NCBI GenBank assembly: GCA_963666185.1
Contig: OY762634.1
Span: 1,716,235-1,780,234 of the forward strand
Origin: Dehalococcoidia bacterium
GTDB taxonomy: Bacteria; Chloroflexota; Dehalococcoidia; Lucifugimonadales; UBA1123
DNA: 64,000 bases
Direction of reading: 5' to 3'
Positions 23,988 through 32,123 of the stretch are shown in pieces. Positions within the stretch are counted from its first letter, which is position 1. The number at the start of each line of letters is the position of its first letter. The position numbers and the translations under genes are program-made. The notes under the pieces are model-generated. The model was given only the letters and a program-made list of their open reading frames with translations, was not told where the DNA came from and did no database searches.

Positions 23988-25285
23988 GCGACCGCCTGCC
24001 GCTGGAAGGAATCCGCGTGCTGGACATGACCGTGGTGTGGGCGGGGCCGTACTGCACTACGCTGCTGGCCGACCTGGGCGCGGAGGTCATCCGCGTCGAG
24101 TCCATACAGGTATTCGGCCCGCCCACTCGCGGCTCCTCGGCGCGTCCGCCGGAGTTCGTCATCCAGAACCTGCCCCCATTCATAGGCGGTATGCCCAACC
24201 GCGAGGGCGGCGCTCGTCCCTGGAACCGCTACCCGCTGTTCAACGCCCACGCGCGCAACAAGCTCAGCATGACCGTTGACCTGCTGAGGCCGGAGGGCAA
24301 GGACATATTCAACCGCCTCGTCGCCATCAGCGACGTCCTCGTCGAGAACAACCCAACCGAGACCATGCAGAAACTCGGCATATCCTACGACGAACTCAAG
24401 AAGATAAATCCCGCCTTCATCATGCTCCGAATGCCCGCCTACGGCAACACCGGCCCCTACCAGAACCACCGCTCCCTGGGCATCCACATCGAGGGCGTCA
24501 TTGGACACAGCCTGCTCAGGGGCTACACCGACCTGGACGCCTCCGCGAACACGCAGGTCTATATGGCCGACGCCGCCGCCGGAGTGGGCGGCGCGTTCGC
24601 CGTCGCCTGCGCCCTCAACCACCGCCGCCGAACCGGGGAAGGCCAACTCATGGAACTCTCTCAGGCCGAGAACGCCGTGCCGTTCCTGGGCCAGGCGTTC
24701 ATGGATTACTCGATGAACGGACGCAGCCAGACCACGCTCGGCAACCGCCACCCCACCGCCCTCCAGGGCGTCTATCCCTGCAAAGGCGAAGACCGCTGGA
24801 TAGCCATAACCATCTTCGACGAACGAGACTGGGAACTCTTCCGAGAGTCCATCGGCAACCCCGACTGGACGCGAGAGCCGCGCTTCGCCACCCACGAACT
24901 CAGGCGCGAGAACCACGACGCCCTCGACGGCCACGTCTCCGACTGGACGCGCCGCCACGACCACCGCGAAGCCATGTCCCTGCTCCAGTCATACGGAGTC
25001 GCCGCCGGCGCCGTCCTCGACCAGCGAGACGCCGCCCAAGACCCGCACCTTGCGGCCCGCGCCATGTTCGAGGAGGCGTACCAGTCCGACGTCGGAACCC
25101 ACCTCTATCCCCGCGCGCCCTTCAAGATGTCCCAGAGCGACGTCCGCATCCGGCGCGGCCCCGTAACCCTCGGCCAGGACAACGAATACGTGTACAAGAC
25201 CCTGCTAAACCTCTCCGACGCCGAATACGCCGCGCTCGTAGAATCCGGCCACATCGGCGACGAGTACGCGGAACACGTGCCATAG
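23984..25285 (+). CDS. Family III CoA-transferase (CaiB/BaiF), second subunit/paralogue
   Basis: The GTG start at 23984 overlaps the upstream stop (GTGA). 'LEGIRVLDMTVVWAGPYCTTLLADLGAEVIRVES'. The ORF-track extension upstream of 23984 overlaps gene 1 and was rejected. Confidence 0.85.
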   Translation: MSDRLPLEGIRVLDMTVVWAGPYCTTLLADLGAEVIRVESIQVFGPPTRGSSARPPEFVIQNLPPFIGGMPNREGGARPWNRYPLFNAHARNKLSMTVDLLRPEGKDIFNRLVAISDVLVENNPTETMQKLGISYDELKKINPAFIMLRMPAYGNTGPYQNHRSLGIHIEGVIGHSLLRGYTDLDASANTQVYMADAAAGVGGAFAVACALNHRRRTGEGQLMELSQAENAVPFLGQAFMDYSMNGRSQTTLGNRHPTALQGVYPCKGEDRWIAITIFDERDWELFRESIGNPDWTREPRFATHELRRENHDALDGHVSDWTRRHDHREAMSLLQSYGVAAGAVLDQRDAAQDPHLAARAMFEEAYQSDVGTHLYPRAPFKMSQSDVRIRRGPVTLGQDNEYVYKTLLNLSDAEYAALVESGHIGDEYAEHVP

Positions 25286-25287
25286 CT

Positions 25288-25422
25288 ACTACAAGCCATC
25301 TCATAAATACCGACACGTCCCTTATGGGGCCCTAATCCCCTCTCCCTTGATGGGAGAGGGCTAGGGTGAGGGTGAAAACCTACGGATCCTACCGAGGGCT
25401 GATGTTTATGAGATAGCTTCTA
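25288..25422 (+). mobile_element. 135-bp MITE-like element, copy 1 (contains a REP1 hairpin at 25337-25375)
   Basis: Near-identical to 51898-52032 (a few mismatches). Terminal inverted repeats 'AGCCATCTCATAAAT' and 'GTTTATGAGATAGCT'. Confidence 0.65.
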
Positions 25423-25453
25423 GTGTGATATTCTATGTAGAAAGGGAGACAGC

Positions 25454-25894
25454 ATGGCAGAGAACTCAAATCTCAACGCCGAATCCCAGTCGGTTCAGAC
25501 CCATGTCACCATCATGCAGGGCGTAATCCAGCGTATGGCCGAAAACAGCCGCTCATGCAAAGTATGGTGCGTAACAATTGTGGCCGCAGTCCTCGTCTTG
25601 GTCGCGAGGACAGAGAAACCCGACCACGCCCTCATAGCCCTCGTCCCCGCAATCCTCTTCCTGATTCTGGACACCTACTACCTGTCGCTCGAACAGAGAT
25701 TCCGCAAATCCTACAACGCCTTCATCGGAACGCTTCACAAAGGCGAGTTGTCCGAGTCAGCCCTATACGAAGTGAAGCCGACCGGTTCTGTATGGCGTCA
25801 TGCTTGGAGAAGCGCGCGGTCGTTTTCGATCTACCCGTTCTACATTCCGCTTGGGTTGACAGTGATAATCGTCTGGCAAGTCGTAATTCCATGA
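25454..25894 (+). CDS. Small 3-TM membrane protein, candidate effector of the adjacent TIR protein
   Basis: 146 aa. RBS AAGGGAGA. Hydrophobic helices at about aa 36-51, 59-77 and 124-145. 'ILDTYYLSLEQRFRKSY' motif after TM2. Low-GC island. Confidence 0.6.
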   Translation: MAENSNLNAESQSVQTHVTIMQGVIQRMAENSRSCKVWCVTIVAAVLVLVARTEKPDHALIALVPAILFLILDTYYLSLEQRFRKSYNAFIGTLHKGELSESALYEVKPTGSVWRHAWRSARSFSIYPFYIPLGLTVIIVWQVVIP

Positions 25895-25921
25895 GCATGT
25901 CTTGAGGAAGGGAGGATAACT

Positions 25922-26491
25922 GTGGCTCAAATCCCAAGACACAACGTTTTCATCAGCTATCACGATGAAGATAGAAAGTACAAAGAGCGATTCATCAGGC
26001 TTATGAATGGACGTATCATTGATAAATCGGTGAACGTTAATGATATAGACGATACTAATATCAAGACAGACACGGTTCGCCGGAAAATTCGCGATGAATT
26101 CATTCGTGATGCAACTGTGACCATTGTGCTGATAGGTCCCTGTACCTGGCAGCGGAAGCACGTGGATTGGGAGATAGGTTCAAGCCTGCGCGATACTAAG
26201 AGAAATTCTAGGTGCGGCTTGTTGGGCATATTGCTTCCCAATCATCCCAACTACAAATCAAAAAGGAGACAACCCAACCGCCGTCTAGTGCCTCCGAGGT
26301 TGGTAGATAATCGTGGTGGTAAAGATCCATACGTGCATATCTATAAGTGGCCGAACCCGTGGGCGCCCGCTCGCATCCAGCAGTGGATTCATGAAGCTTT
26401 TGAAAGAAGGGACGGGATACCGCCCAACAACGGACGACCTCAATTCAAGCGCAATAGAAGCGGCGACTGTTTGCGAGGTTGGCGAAGTTAG
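25922..26491 (+). CDS. TIR-like domain protein (ThsB / DUF1863-like)
   Basis: 189 aa. GTG start with GGGAGG upstream. 'HNVFISYHDEDRKY' and 'VTIVLIGPCTWQRKHVDWEI' parallel 'FFSFHYQD' and 'VTCVLIGSQTFNRRWVRYEI' as I recall them from Bacillus ThsB, including the conserved Glu. 27 nt downstream of the 3-TM gene. Confidence 0.7.
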   Translation: MAQIPRHNVFISYHDEDRKYKERFIRLMNGRIIDKSVNVNDIDDTNIKTDTVRRKIRDEFIRDATVTIVLIGPCTWQRKHVDWEIGSSLRDTKRNSRCGLLGILLPNHPNYKSKRRQPNRRLVPPRLVDNRGGKDPYVHIYKWPNPWAPARIQQWIHEAFERRDGIPPNNGRPQFKRNRSGDCLRGWRS

Positions 26492-26494
26492 ACA

Positions 26495-26782
26495 TCACTC
26501 TTTGTATCCAGCCTCGCGCTCAGCCAGAAATCGCGCCAACGCGCCGGGCGAAGGCTTCCCGGGCTTGAAAGGTCGGCGAGGTTCTCCTGAACTCTTGAGA
26601 AGCCCCCTGTGCCGCAGTTCTTCCATACGCTGCTCCATAGTGTACTTCCGCGGCTCCACCGGACGAATCTCAGCGATGATTTCATCACCGCAAGCTATAT
26701 TCGCCGCCTTGCCATCACGAACGTGCTTCAGAACGCCGGGAAGGTCTGCTTGCAAGTCTTCTATTGTGAACGTAATCTTCAT
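26495..26782 (-). CDS. Orphan Phd/VapB-like antitoxin-like protein
   Basis: 95 aa. N-terminal 'ITFTIEDLQADLPGVLKHVRDGK...IAEIRPV' is a Phd-like fold pattern. No toxin ORF lies downstream (it is convergent with the TIR gene, 3-nt gap). Confidence 0.4.
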   Translation of the reverse strand: MKITFTIEDLQADLPGVLKHVRDGKAANIACGDEIIAEIRPVEPRKYTMEQRMEELRHRGLLKSSGEPRRPFKPGKPSPGALARFLAEREAGYKE

Positions 26783-26855
26783 GCCTCTATGATAACCAGG
26801 CGAAACAGCCCGCGCAACGCCGACTCAGACTCCCCTGACACCCCAGTAGAACCCC

Positions 26856-26890
26856 GGCCCGCGCCGAGCGTTCCTCACCCGGCGCGGGCC
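26856..26890. terminator. GC-rich stem-loop (11-bp stem) after the aldolase gene
   Basis: 'ggcccgcgccg'-13 nt-'cggcgcgggcc', 17 nt past the stop at 26907. No U-tract. Confidence 0.3.
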
Positions 26891-26906
26891 CTAGAACCGC
26901 CTCCGC

Positions 26907-27800
26907 CTAAACCGGCATCGTCCGTCCGCTGTGAGCGCGGCCCGCCGTCGCCGTCGCCTCGCCCAGCGGCCCGCCCGAGGATACCACTCGGACGCCCTCA
27001 TCAATCTTCGACGCCACCGTGTCCGGCGTCGCGCCCTCCAGGAACGCGATTCCCGCGCTCTTGCACGCTTTCCGAACGCGCTCCCTCGCCTCCCACAACT
27101 CGTCCGGCCACGGCTCGCCCGGAGCGTTCTTGTAGCCCATGGACATACTCATGTCGCCCGGCCCCCACTCCGCGAACGCTATGCCCGGCACCTGCGTCGT
27201 AACCTCCACGTTCACCAGCGCGCGGGTGTTCTCTATCTTCAGGCCCAGCATAAGCTCCCCGTCCGGGTTCAGAGGCCACGGATCCGCCTTGTCCAGGTAC
27301 TCATCTATGGACACCCCCCAGATTGGAGCCGCCGACGCCTGCCCCGCCGACCCGCGCCTGCCCACGTCCAACCCCTTGCCCACGCCGATGGTCTGGAACG
27401 GGTAGCGGCACGACTCCACGAACGCCTTAACCGCGTCCGGCGTCTCCGCGTGGCACATAAGGATGCCGTGTACGCCGCGCGCCAGTATCTGCCTGAACTG
27501 CCACGAGTTGGCGCGAACGATGTCCCCGCTCGCGCCGTCCACAGGCACCTCCACCACCACCGCCGGCGTCCGGTGGCCGCTGCTCGTCGGGCCGCCCTCC
27601 ACCAGCCCCTCCATGAACTCTTGCAGGCCCGGCATATCGAAAGAGCCGTGTTCCATGCCCACGTTGATATAGTCCGCCCACGTGGAGGCCATCTCCTTGC
27701 CGCCCTCGCGGCTCAGGTTGGCGCCCGTATGTCCGCCCGTGTAGTAGATAGGCTGATCTTGCGCCAGAAGTTCTATCGCTCGGTTGATTCGACTCATCAT
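26907..27800 (-). CDS. HpcH/HpaI-family aldolase / lyase
   Basis: 297 aa. 'INVGMEHGSFDM', 'VPVDG....IVRANSWQFRQILARGVHGILMCH' and 'IENTRALVNVE' fit the HpcH/HpaI (TIM-barrel, divalent-metal) aldolase pattern. Confidence 0.7.
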   Translation of the reverse strand: MMSRINRAIELLAQDQPIYYTGGHTGANLSREGGKEMASTWADYINVGMEHGSFDMPGLQEFMEGLVEGGPTSSGHRTPAVVVEVPVDGASGDIVRANSWQFRQILARGVHGILMCHAETPDAVKAFVESCRYPFQTIGVGKGLDVGRRGSAGQASAAPIWGVSIDEYLDKADPWPLNPDGELMLGLKIENTRALVNVEVTTQVPGIAFAEWGPGDMSMSMGYKNAPGEPWPDELWEARERVRKACKSAGIAFLEGATPDTVASKIDEGVRVVSSGGPLGEATATAGRAHSGRTMPV

Positions 27801-27893
27801 TCACCTCTCGGTTGATTTTCGCGCAAAGTCTATCACGCAATCCCACAATTGGGAATTTGCCCACCGCCTTTCACAAAACTGACCACTGACCGA

Positions 27894-27980
27894 GATGATT
27901 GCAAAAGTCCCTTCCCCCTTGACGGGGGAAGGTTAGGATGGGGGTGAAACCGCAAGCGCGTCATTGCTTATGCAATCGTC
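27894..27980 (+). mobile_element. 87-bp MITE-like element with a REP1 core (27909-27947)
   Basis: Inverted termini 'GATGATTGCA' and 'TGCAATCGTC'. The 12-nt 'ACTGACCACTGA' is present on both flanks (27878-27889 and 27984-27995). Confidence 0.4.
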
Positions 27981-28049
27981 TCCACTGACCACTGAAAATT
28001 GAATCAAACCTACTCCGTCCTGTACTATTCCAGCATACGGAGATGAACT

Positions 28050-29120
28050 ATGCTGGAACGAATGAGAGCGGTTGAAGATCGGTCCGAAGAACTGGACCGC
28101 ATGATGGCCGACCCTGAGATAGCTACGGACTATACCCGCATCCAGGACTTGGCCAAGGAACAGGCGCAGTTGCGCGAGGTCGTCGAACTCTCCCGCGAAC
28201 TGCGCGCCATCGAGTCCGAGATGGGCGACCTCCAGACAATGCTCAGGGATGAATCCGACCCCGAGTTGACCGAACTCGCGCGCGAAGAACTCGCCGAGTT
28301 GGAGACGCGCCGCGAGAATACCGAACAGGCGCTCAAGCTCGCGCTCGTCCCCAAAGACCCCAACGACGACAAGAACGTCATCGTGGAGATACGCGCCGGA
28401 ACCGGCGGAGACGAAGCCGGCCTGTTCGCCGCCGACCTGTACAGGATGTACAGCAGGTACGCCCAGCGCAGAAGTTGGAAGACCGAGGTAATTGACCTCA
28501 ACGAGACCGGCATCGGCTCGGTGAAGGAGATAGTCTTCGAGGTCAAGGGCAGGGGCGCGTACTCCCGCCTCAAGCACGAGAGCGGCGTCCACAGGGTGCA
28601 GCGCGTCCCCGTCACCGAATCCAGCGGACGCATACACACCTCAGCCGCCACAGTCGCCGTCCTGCCCGAAGCGGAAGAGGTTGACGTACAGGTTAGCAAC
28701 GAAGACCTCCAGATAGACGTGTTTCACGCATCGGGACACGGCGGCCAGAACGTCCAGAAGGTCGCCACCGCCATACGCATCACCCACAAGCCCACCGGCA
28801 TAGTCGCGGTATGCCAGGACGAGCGCAGCCAGCTCAAGAACAAGGAAAAGGCCATGTCCGTCCTGCGCTCCCGCATCTACGCTCAGGAAGTCGAGCGCCA
28901 GCGCCGCGAACGCTCCGACGCGCGCCGCTCCCAGGTCGGCAGCGGCGACAGGTCCGAGCGCGTCCGAACCTACAACTTCCCCCAGAGCCGCATCACCGAC
29001 CACCGCATCGGCCTCACCGTCCACAGCCTCGCCCAGTCCCTCGACGGCGACATAGACACGATAATCGAGGCGCTTCTCGAAGAGGAACAGACCCAGAAAC
29101 TCGCCAACGTCCAGGCCTGA
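28050..29120 (+). CDS. prfA: Peptide chain release factor 1
   Basis: 356 aa. 'PVT' tripeptide ('RVQRVPVTESSGRIHTS') and GGQ ('SGHGGQNVQKV'). Confidence 0.95.
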   Translation: MLERMRAVEDRSEELDRMMADPEIATDYTRIQDLAKEQAQLREVVELSRELRAIESEMGDLQTMLRDESDPELTELAREELAELETRRENTEQALKLALVPKDPNDDKNVIVEIRAGTGGDEAGLFAADLYRMYSRYAQRRSWKTEVIDLNETGIGSVKEIVFEVKGRGAYSRLKHESGVHRVQRVPVTESSGRIHTSAATVAVLPEAEEVDVQVSNEDLQIDVFHASGHGGQNVQKVATAIRITHKPTGIVAVCQDERSQLKNKEKAMSVLRSRIYAQEVERQRRERSDARRSQVGSGDRSERVRTYNFPQSRITDHRIGLTVHSLAQSLDGDIDTIIEALLEEEQTQKLANVQA

Positions 29121-30022
29121 TGCGCGATAGCCAATCGGAGCGATCCGCCACCCTGCGCCAAACCCTCCAATCCGTCCGCGCCCAACTGCGAGCGCGCGGC
29201 ATCCCCGAATGGCGAATCGAAGCCGACGTCCTTCTCAGACACATACTCGGAATATCCCGTTCCGACTTCCTATCCCTCGTGTACGGCGGAGAAAGCCGTC
29301 TCACCCATGCCCAGGCGCTAAGATTGCGCTCACTCACCGAAAGAAGACTCGACCGCGAGCCGCTGGCCTATATCGTCGGGCGGCGCGAGTTCTATGGCCT
29401 AGACCTGGCGGTGAACGAAAGCGTCCTGATACCCCGCCAGGAGACTGAACTTCTGGTAGAACTCGCGCTGGAATATCTAGCGAACAGGGACGCGAGCCAA
29501 CCGACGCCGACGCTGGTTGACGTGGGAACCGGCTCCGGCGCGATAGCCCTTGCCGTAGCGTCGCATTACGAGAACGTGAGAGTGGTTGGCGTGGACATAA
29601 GCAGGGACGCGCTGGCCGTGGCAATCAGGAACCGGGACAGGCTGCTAGGCGGCGGCGTGGAGTTCATATTGGGCGATACGCTGACCTCGATAGCCGCGCC
29701 CGTTGACCTCATCCTATCCAACCCGCCCTACATACCCAGCGCGACCCTCCCATCCCTCGCCGTAGAGGTGCGCCGCGAACCGACCATCGCCCTGGACGGC
29801 GGCGCTGACGGCCTGGATCACTTCCGCAGGCTGACGGCGCAGGCGAACGGAATACTCGCGCCCGGCGGCGTATTGATAGTGGAACTCATGCCCGAGCAGA
29901 TGGCCGCCGCCATCCAAATCGCGCGCCAAACCATCCCCAACATCGCCTCAGTCAGTACCCACTCCGACCTGATGGGGAACAGCCGCGCTCTTGTAGCCCA
30001 AATGACAGGGCCGCGGCTCTGA
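29120..30022 (+). CDS. prmC: Release-factor glutamine N5-methyltransferase
   Basis: The ATG at 29120 overlaps the prfA stop (TGATG). 'VDVGTGSGAIAL' SAM motif and 'ILSNPPYIP' catalytic NPPY. Confidence 0.85.
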   Translation: MRDSQSERSATLRQTLQSVRAQLRARGIPEWRIEADVLLRHILGISRSDFLSLVYGGESRLTHAQALRLRSLTERRLDREPLAYIVGRREFYGLDLAVNESVLIPRQETELLVELALEYLANRDASQPTPTLVDVGTGSGAIALAVASHYENVRVVGVDISRDALAVAIRNRDRLLGGGVEFILGDTLTSIAAPVDLILSNPPYIPSATLPSLAVEVRREPTIALDGGADGLDHFRRLTAQANGILAPGGVLIVELMPEQMAAAIQIARQTIPNIASVSTHSDLMGNSRALVAQMTGPRL

Positions 30023-30038
30023 ACCGCGGCCCTCTTTC
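30008..30038 (+). terminator. Rho-independent-type terminator hairpin at the prmC 3' end
   Basis: 'gggccgcgg'-ctctgaa-'ccgcggccc' followed by 'tctttc'. The prmC stop codon lies in the loop. Confidence 0.45.
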
Positions 30039-30105
30039 AACTCCCAGCCAAAGCGTCCCTACCCCTTACCGGGTAGGAAACTAAGAACTAACCACTGAAG
30101 ACCAG

Positions 30106-30510
30106 CTAGCGCTTCGTCCACTGCTTAGCCTTGCGCGCGCGGGCGAGACCGTACTTCTTGCGCTCCTTCTCTCTCGCGTCTCGCGTGAGCAGGCCGGCCC
30201 TCTTGAGCGGCGTCCTCAGAGACGGGTCCGCGACCTGGAGCGCCCGCGCGATTCCGTGGCGCAGCGCGCCCGCCTGGCTCACCACCCCGCCGCCGCGTAT
30301 CCTGGCGACGATGCGGAACTGGCCGTGCGTGCCTGTCACGTCCATCGGCTGGTCAATGAGCTGCTGCCACGAATCCCAGGGGAACACTTCTTCGAGCGGC
30401 TTGCCGTTCACCTGGTTCGCGCCCGAATCGGTATAGAGCCGAACCTGGGCGACCGAAGTCTTTCGCTTTCCGATTGCGTAGTAGTAGTGCTGCTGGCTCT
30501 GCTGAACCAT
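30106..30510 (-). CDS. rpsI: 30S ribosomal protein S9
   Basis: 134 aa. 'GKRKTSVAQVRL', 'GGGVVSQAGALRHGIARAL', C-terminal '...KQWTKR'. Confidence 0.95.
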   Translation of the reverse strand: MVQQSQQHYYYAIGKRKTSVAQVRLYTDSGANQVNGKPLEEVFPWDSWQQLIDQPMDVTGTHGQFRIVARIRGGGVVSQAGALRHGIARALQVADPSLRTPLKRAGLLTRDAREKERKKYGLARARKAKQWTKR

Positions 30511-30951
30511 TTACTCCCCCTTCCCAGCCGATACCTGAGCCTCGTGCGGATGGCTCGTTCCGGTGTATATCTTGAGTCGCTTCAACATCTTCCTGCCCAG
30601 CGAGTTCTTGGGCAGCATACCCTTCACCGCCTGCCGAATCACCCGATCCGGGTGCCTGTTCATCACCTGCTCCATGGTACGCTCGGTCAGACCGCCGTGA
30701 TAGCCGCTGTGCCGGTAGTACATCTTCTGGCTCATCTTGTTTCCGGTAACCCGTATCTTGTCCGCGTTCAGCACGACCACGTAGTCGCCGGTGAGCAGGT
30801 GCGGCACGTACAGCGGGTTGCGCTTGCCGTTCAGAACCGCCGCTATCTCAGACGCCAGCCTTCCCAGCGTCTCGCCCTCCGCGTCCACCACGTGCCACTT
30901 CGGGTTCAGGTCGGACGCCTTGGTCTCGTATGGCTTGGAACTTGTAACCAT
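30511..30951 (-). CDS. rplM: 50S ribosomal protein L13
   Basis: 146 aa. 'KWHVVDAEGETLGRLAS', 'YYRHSGYHGGL'. Confidence 0.95.
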   Translation of the reverse strand: MVTSSKPYETKASDLNPKWHVVDAEGETLGRLASEIAAVLNGKRNPLYVPHLLTGDYVVVLNADKIRVTGNKMSQKMYYRHSGYHGGLTERTMEQVMNRHPDRVIRQAVKGMLPKNSLGRKMLKRLKIYTGTSHPHEAQVSAGKGE

Positions 30952-30957
30952 CTTGAT

Positions 30958-31728
30958 CTATTCCTCATGTCGCGGAGGAAAGTCCGCGTACTTCACTTGT
31001 ACCAGGCGCAAACCCCGCGCCGGCAGGGATCGCGCCACCGGAGCGTCCTCCGCTCTCGATAGCTGTTTCTCAATATCCTCTATTTTCAATCTTCCCGCGC
31101 CCACATCCACGAGCGCGCCCATCATCCGCCTAACCTGTTTCGGCAGAAAGGCGTTCCCCTCCACGTCCGCGTGGACGAAAGCGCCGTCCGCGACCAGGTC
31201 TATCTCGTATATACGGCGAATCGTACTGGCCTCTGGACGCTCCAACGGCCCGCCGAAATTGGCGAAGTCGTGAACGCCTACCATCAGCGCCGCCGCGTCG
31301 CGCATCGCGTCCACGTCCAGGGGCGGGCGAATCTGGTGAGCGCCGCGCCTCCACGCCGGCGACCTGACCTTCGACACGAGCAGCGTGTATCGGTACAGGC
31401 GGCTTATCGCGTCGCGCCTCGGGTCGAAGTCCGACCTTGCCCTGTACGCCTCTTTCACCGCTACGTCCATCGGCAGCCGCGCGTTCAGCGCGTTCAGAAA
31501 GACCTCCGGGGCATAGCCCGCGTCCGTGTCGAACGCGATGACCTGTCCGAGCGCGTGAACGCCCGCGTCCGTGCGGCCCGCCGCCTTTATCCTGGCAGGC
31601 TGGCCGGTGAGCGCTTCTATCGCTTTTTCAATCTGCTGCTGTACGGTGGGAGCGTTCTTCTGATACTGAAACCCGCTGTATCCCTCTCCGTCGTATTCGA
31701 CGATCATCGCCAGGCGCGTCATCGCCAA
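30958..31728 (-). CDS. truA: tRNA pseudouridine(38-40) synthase
   Basis: 256 aa. 'VEYDGEGYSGFQYQ', 'AAGRTDAGVHALGQV'. Confidence 0.9.
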   Translation of the reverse strand: MAMTRLAMIVEYDGEGYSGFQYQKNAPTVQQQIEKAIEALTGQPARIKAAGRTDAGVHALGQVIAFDTDAGYAPEVFLNALNARLPMDVAVKEAYRARSDFDPRRDAISRLYRYTLLVSKVRSPAWRRGAHQIRPPLDVDAMRDAAALMVGVHDFANFGGPLERPEASTIRRIYEIDLVADGAFVHADVEGNAFLPKQVRRMMGALVDVGAGRLKIEDIEKQLSRAEDAPVARSLPARGLRLVQVKYADFPPRHEE

Positions 31729-31755
31729 TTCCCGTATTGATTGCCTTCCGCCGTT

Positions 31756-32106
31756 CTACACCAATTCCACCAGCGCCATGTCAGCCGCGTCGCCCTTCCT
31801 CTTGCCCAGCTTGTACGAGCGGGTGTATCCCCCCTCGCGGTCCTCGTATCTCTCCGCCAGTTCGTCGAAGACCTTCCGAACCGCTTCCTTGTCGGTCAGC
31901 AGAGCGGCGGCCTGCCTGCGATGGTGAAGCGATCCCTTCTTGCCCAGCGTTATGACCTTCTCGGTCATGCGCCGCGCCTCGGTGGCCTTCGCCTCGGTCG
32001 TCTTCAGAGTCTCGTTGAGAATCAGGTTGGTCGCCATGCCTCTGAGCATCAGAAGCCGATGCTGCGTGGGGCGTCCCAGCTTCTTCCCTGATAGCCGGTG
32101 TCTCAT
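31756..32106 (-). CDS. rplQ: 50S ribosomal protein L17
   Basis: 116 aa. 'MRHRLSGKKLGRPTQHR', 'GGYTRSYKLG.RKGD'. Confidence 0.95.
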   Translation of the reverse strand: MRHRLSGKKLGRPTQHRLLMLRGMATNLILNETLKTTEAKATEARRMTEKVITLGKKGSLHHRRQAAALLTDKEAVRKVFDELAERYEDREGGYTRSYKLGKRKGDAADMALVELV

Positions 32107-32123
32107 TTTGGATAAACTCCCGC

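Noticed and set aside
27878-27995. 12-nt 'ACTGACCACTGA' flanking the 87-bp MITE-like element, as a target-site duplication
   Set aside because: The repeats are offset 3-4 nt from the inverted termini. The same motif is a common spacer sequence elsewhere in the window, so a genuine TSD cannot be claimed.
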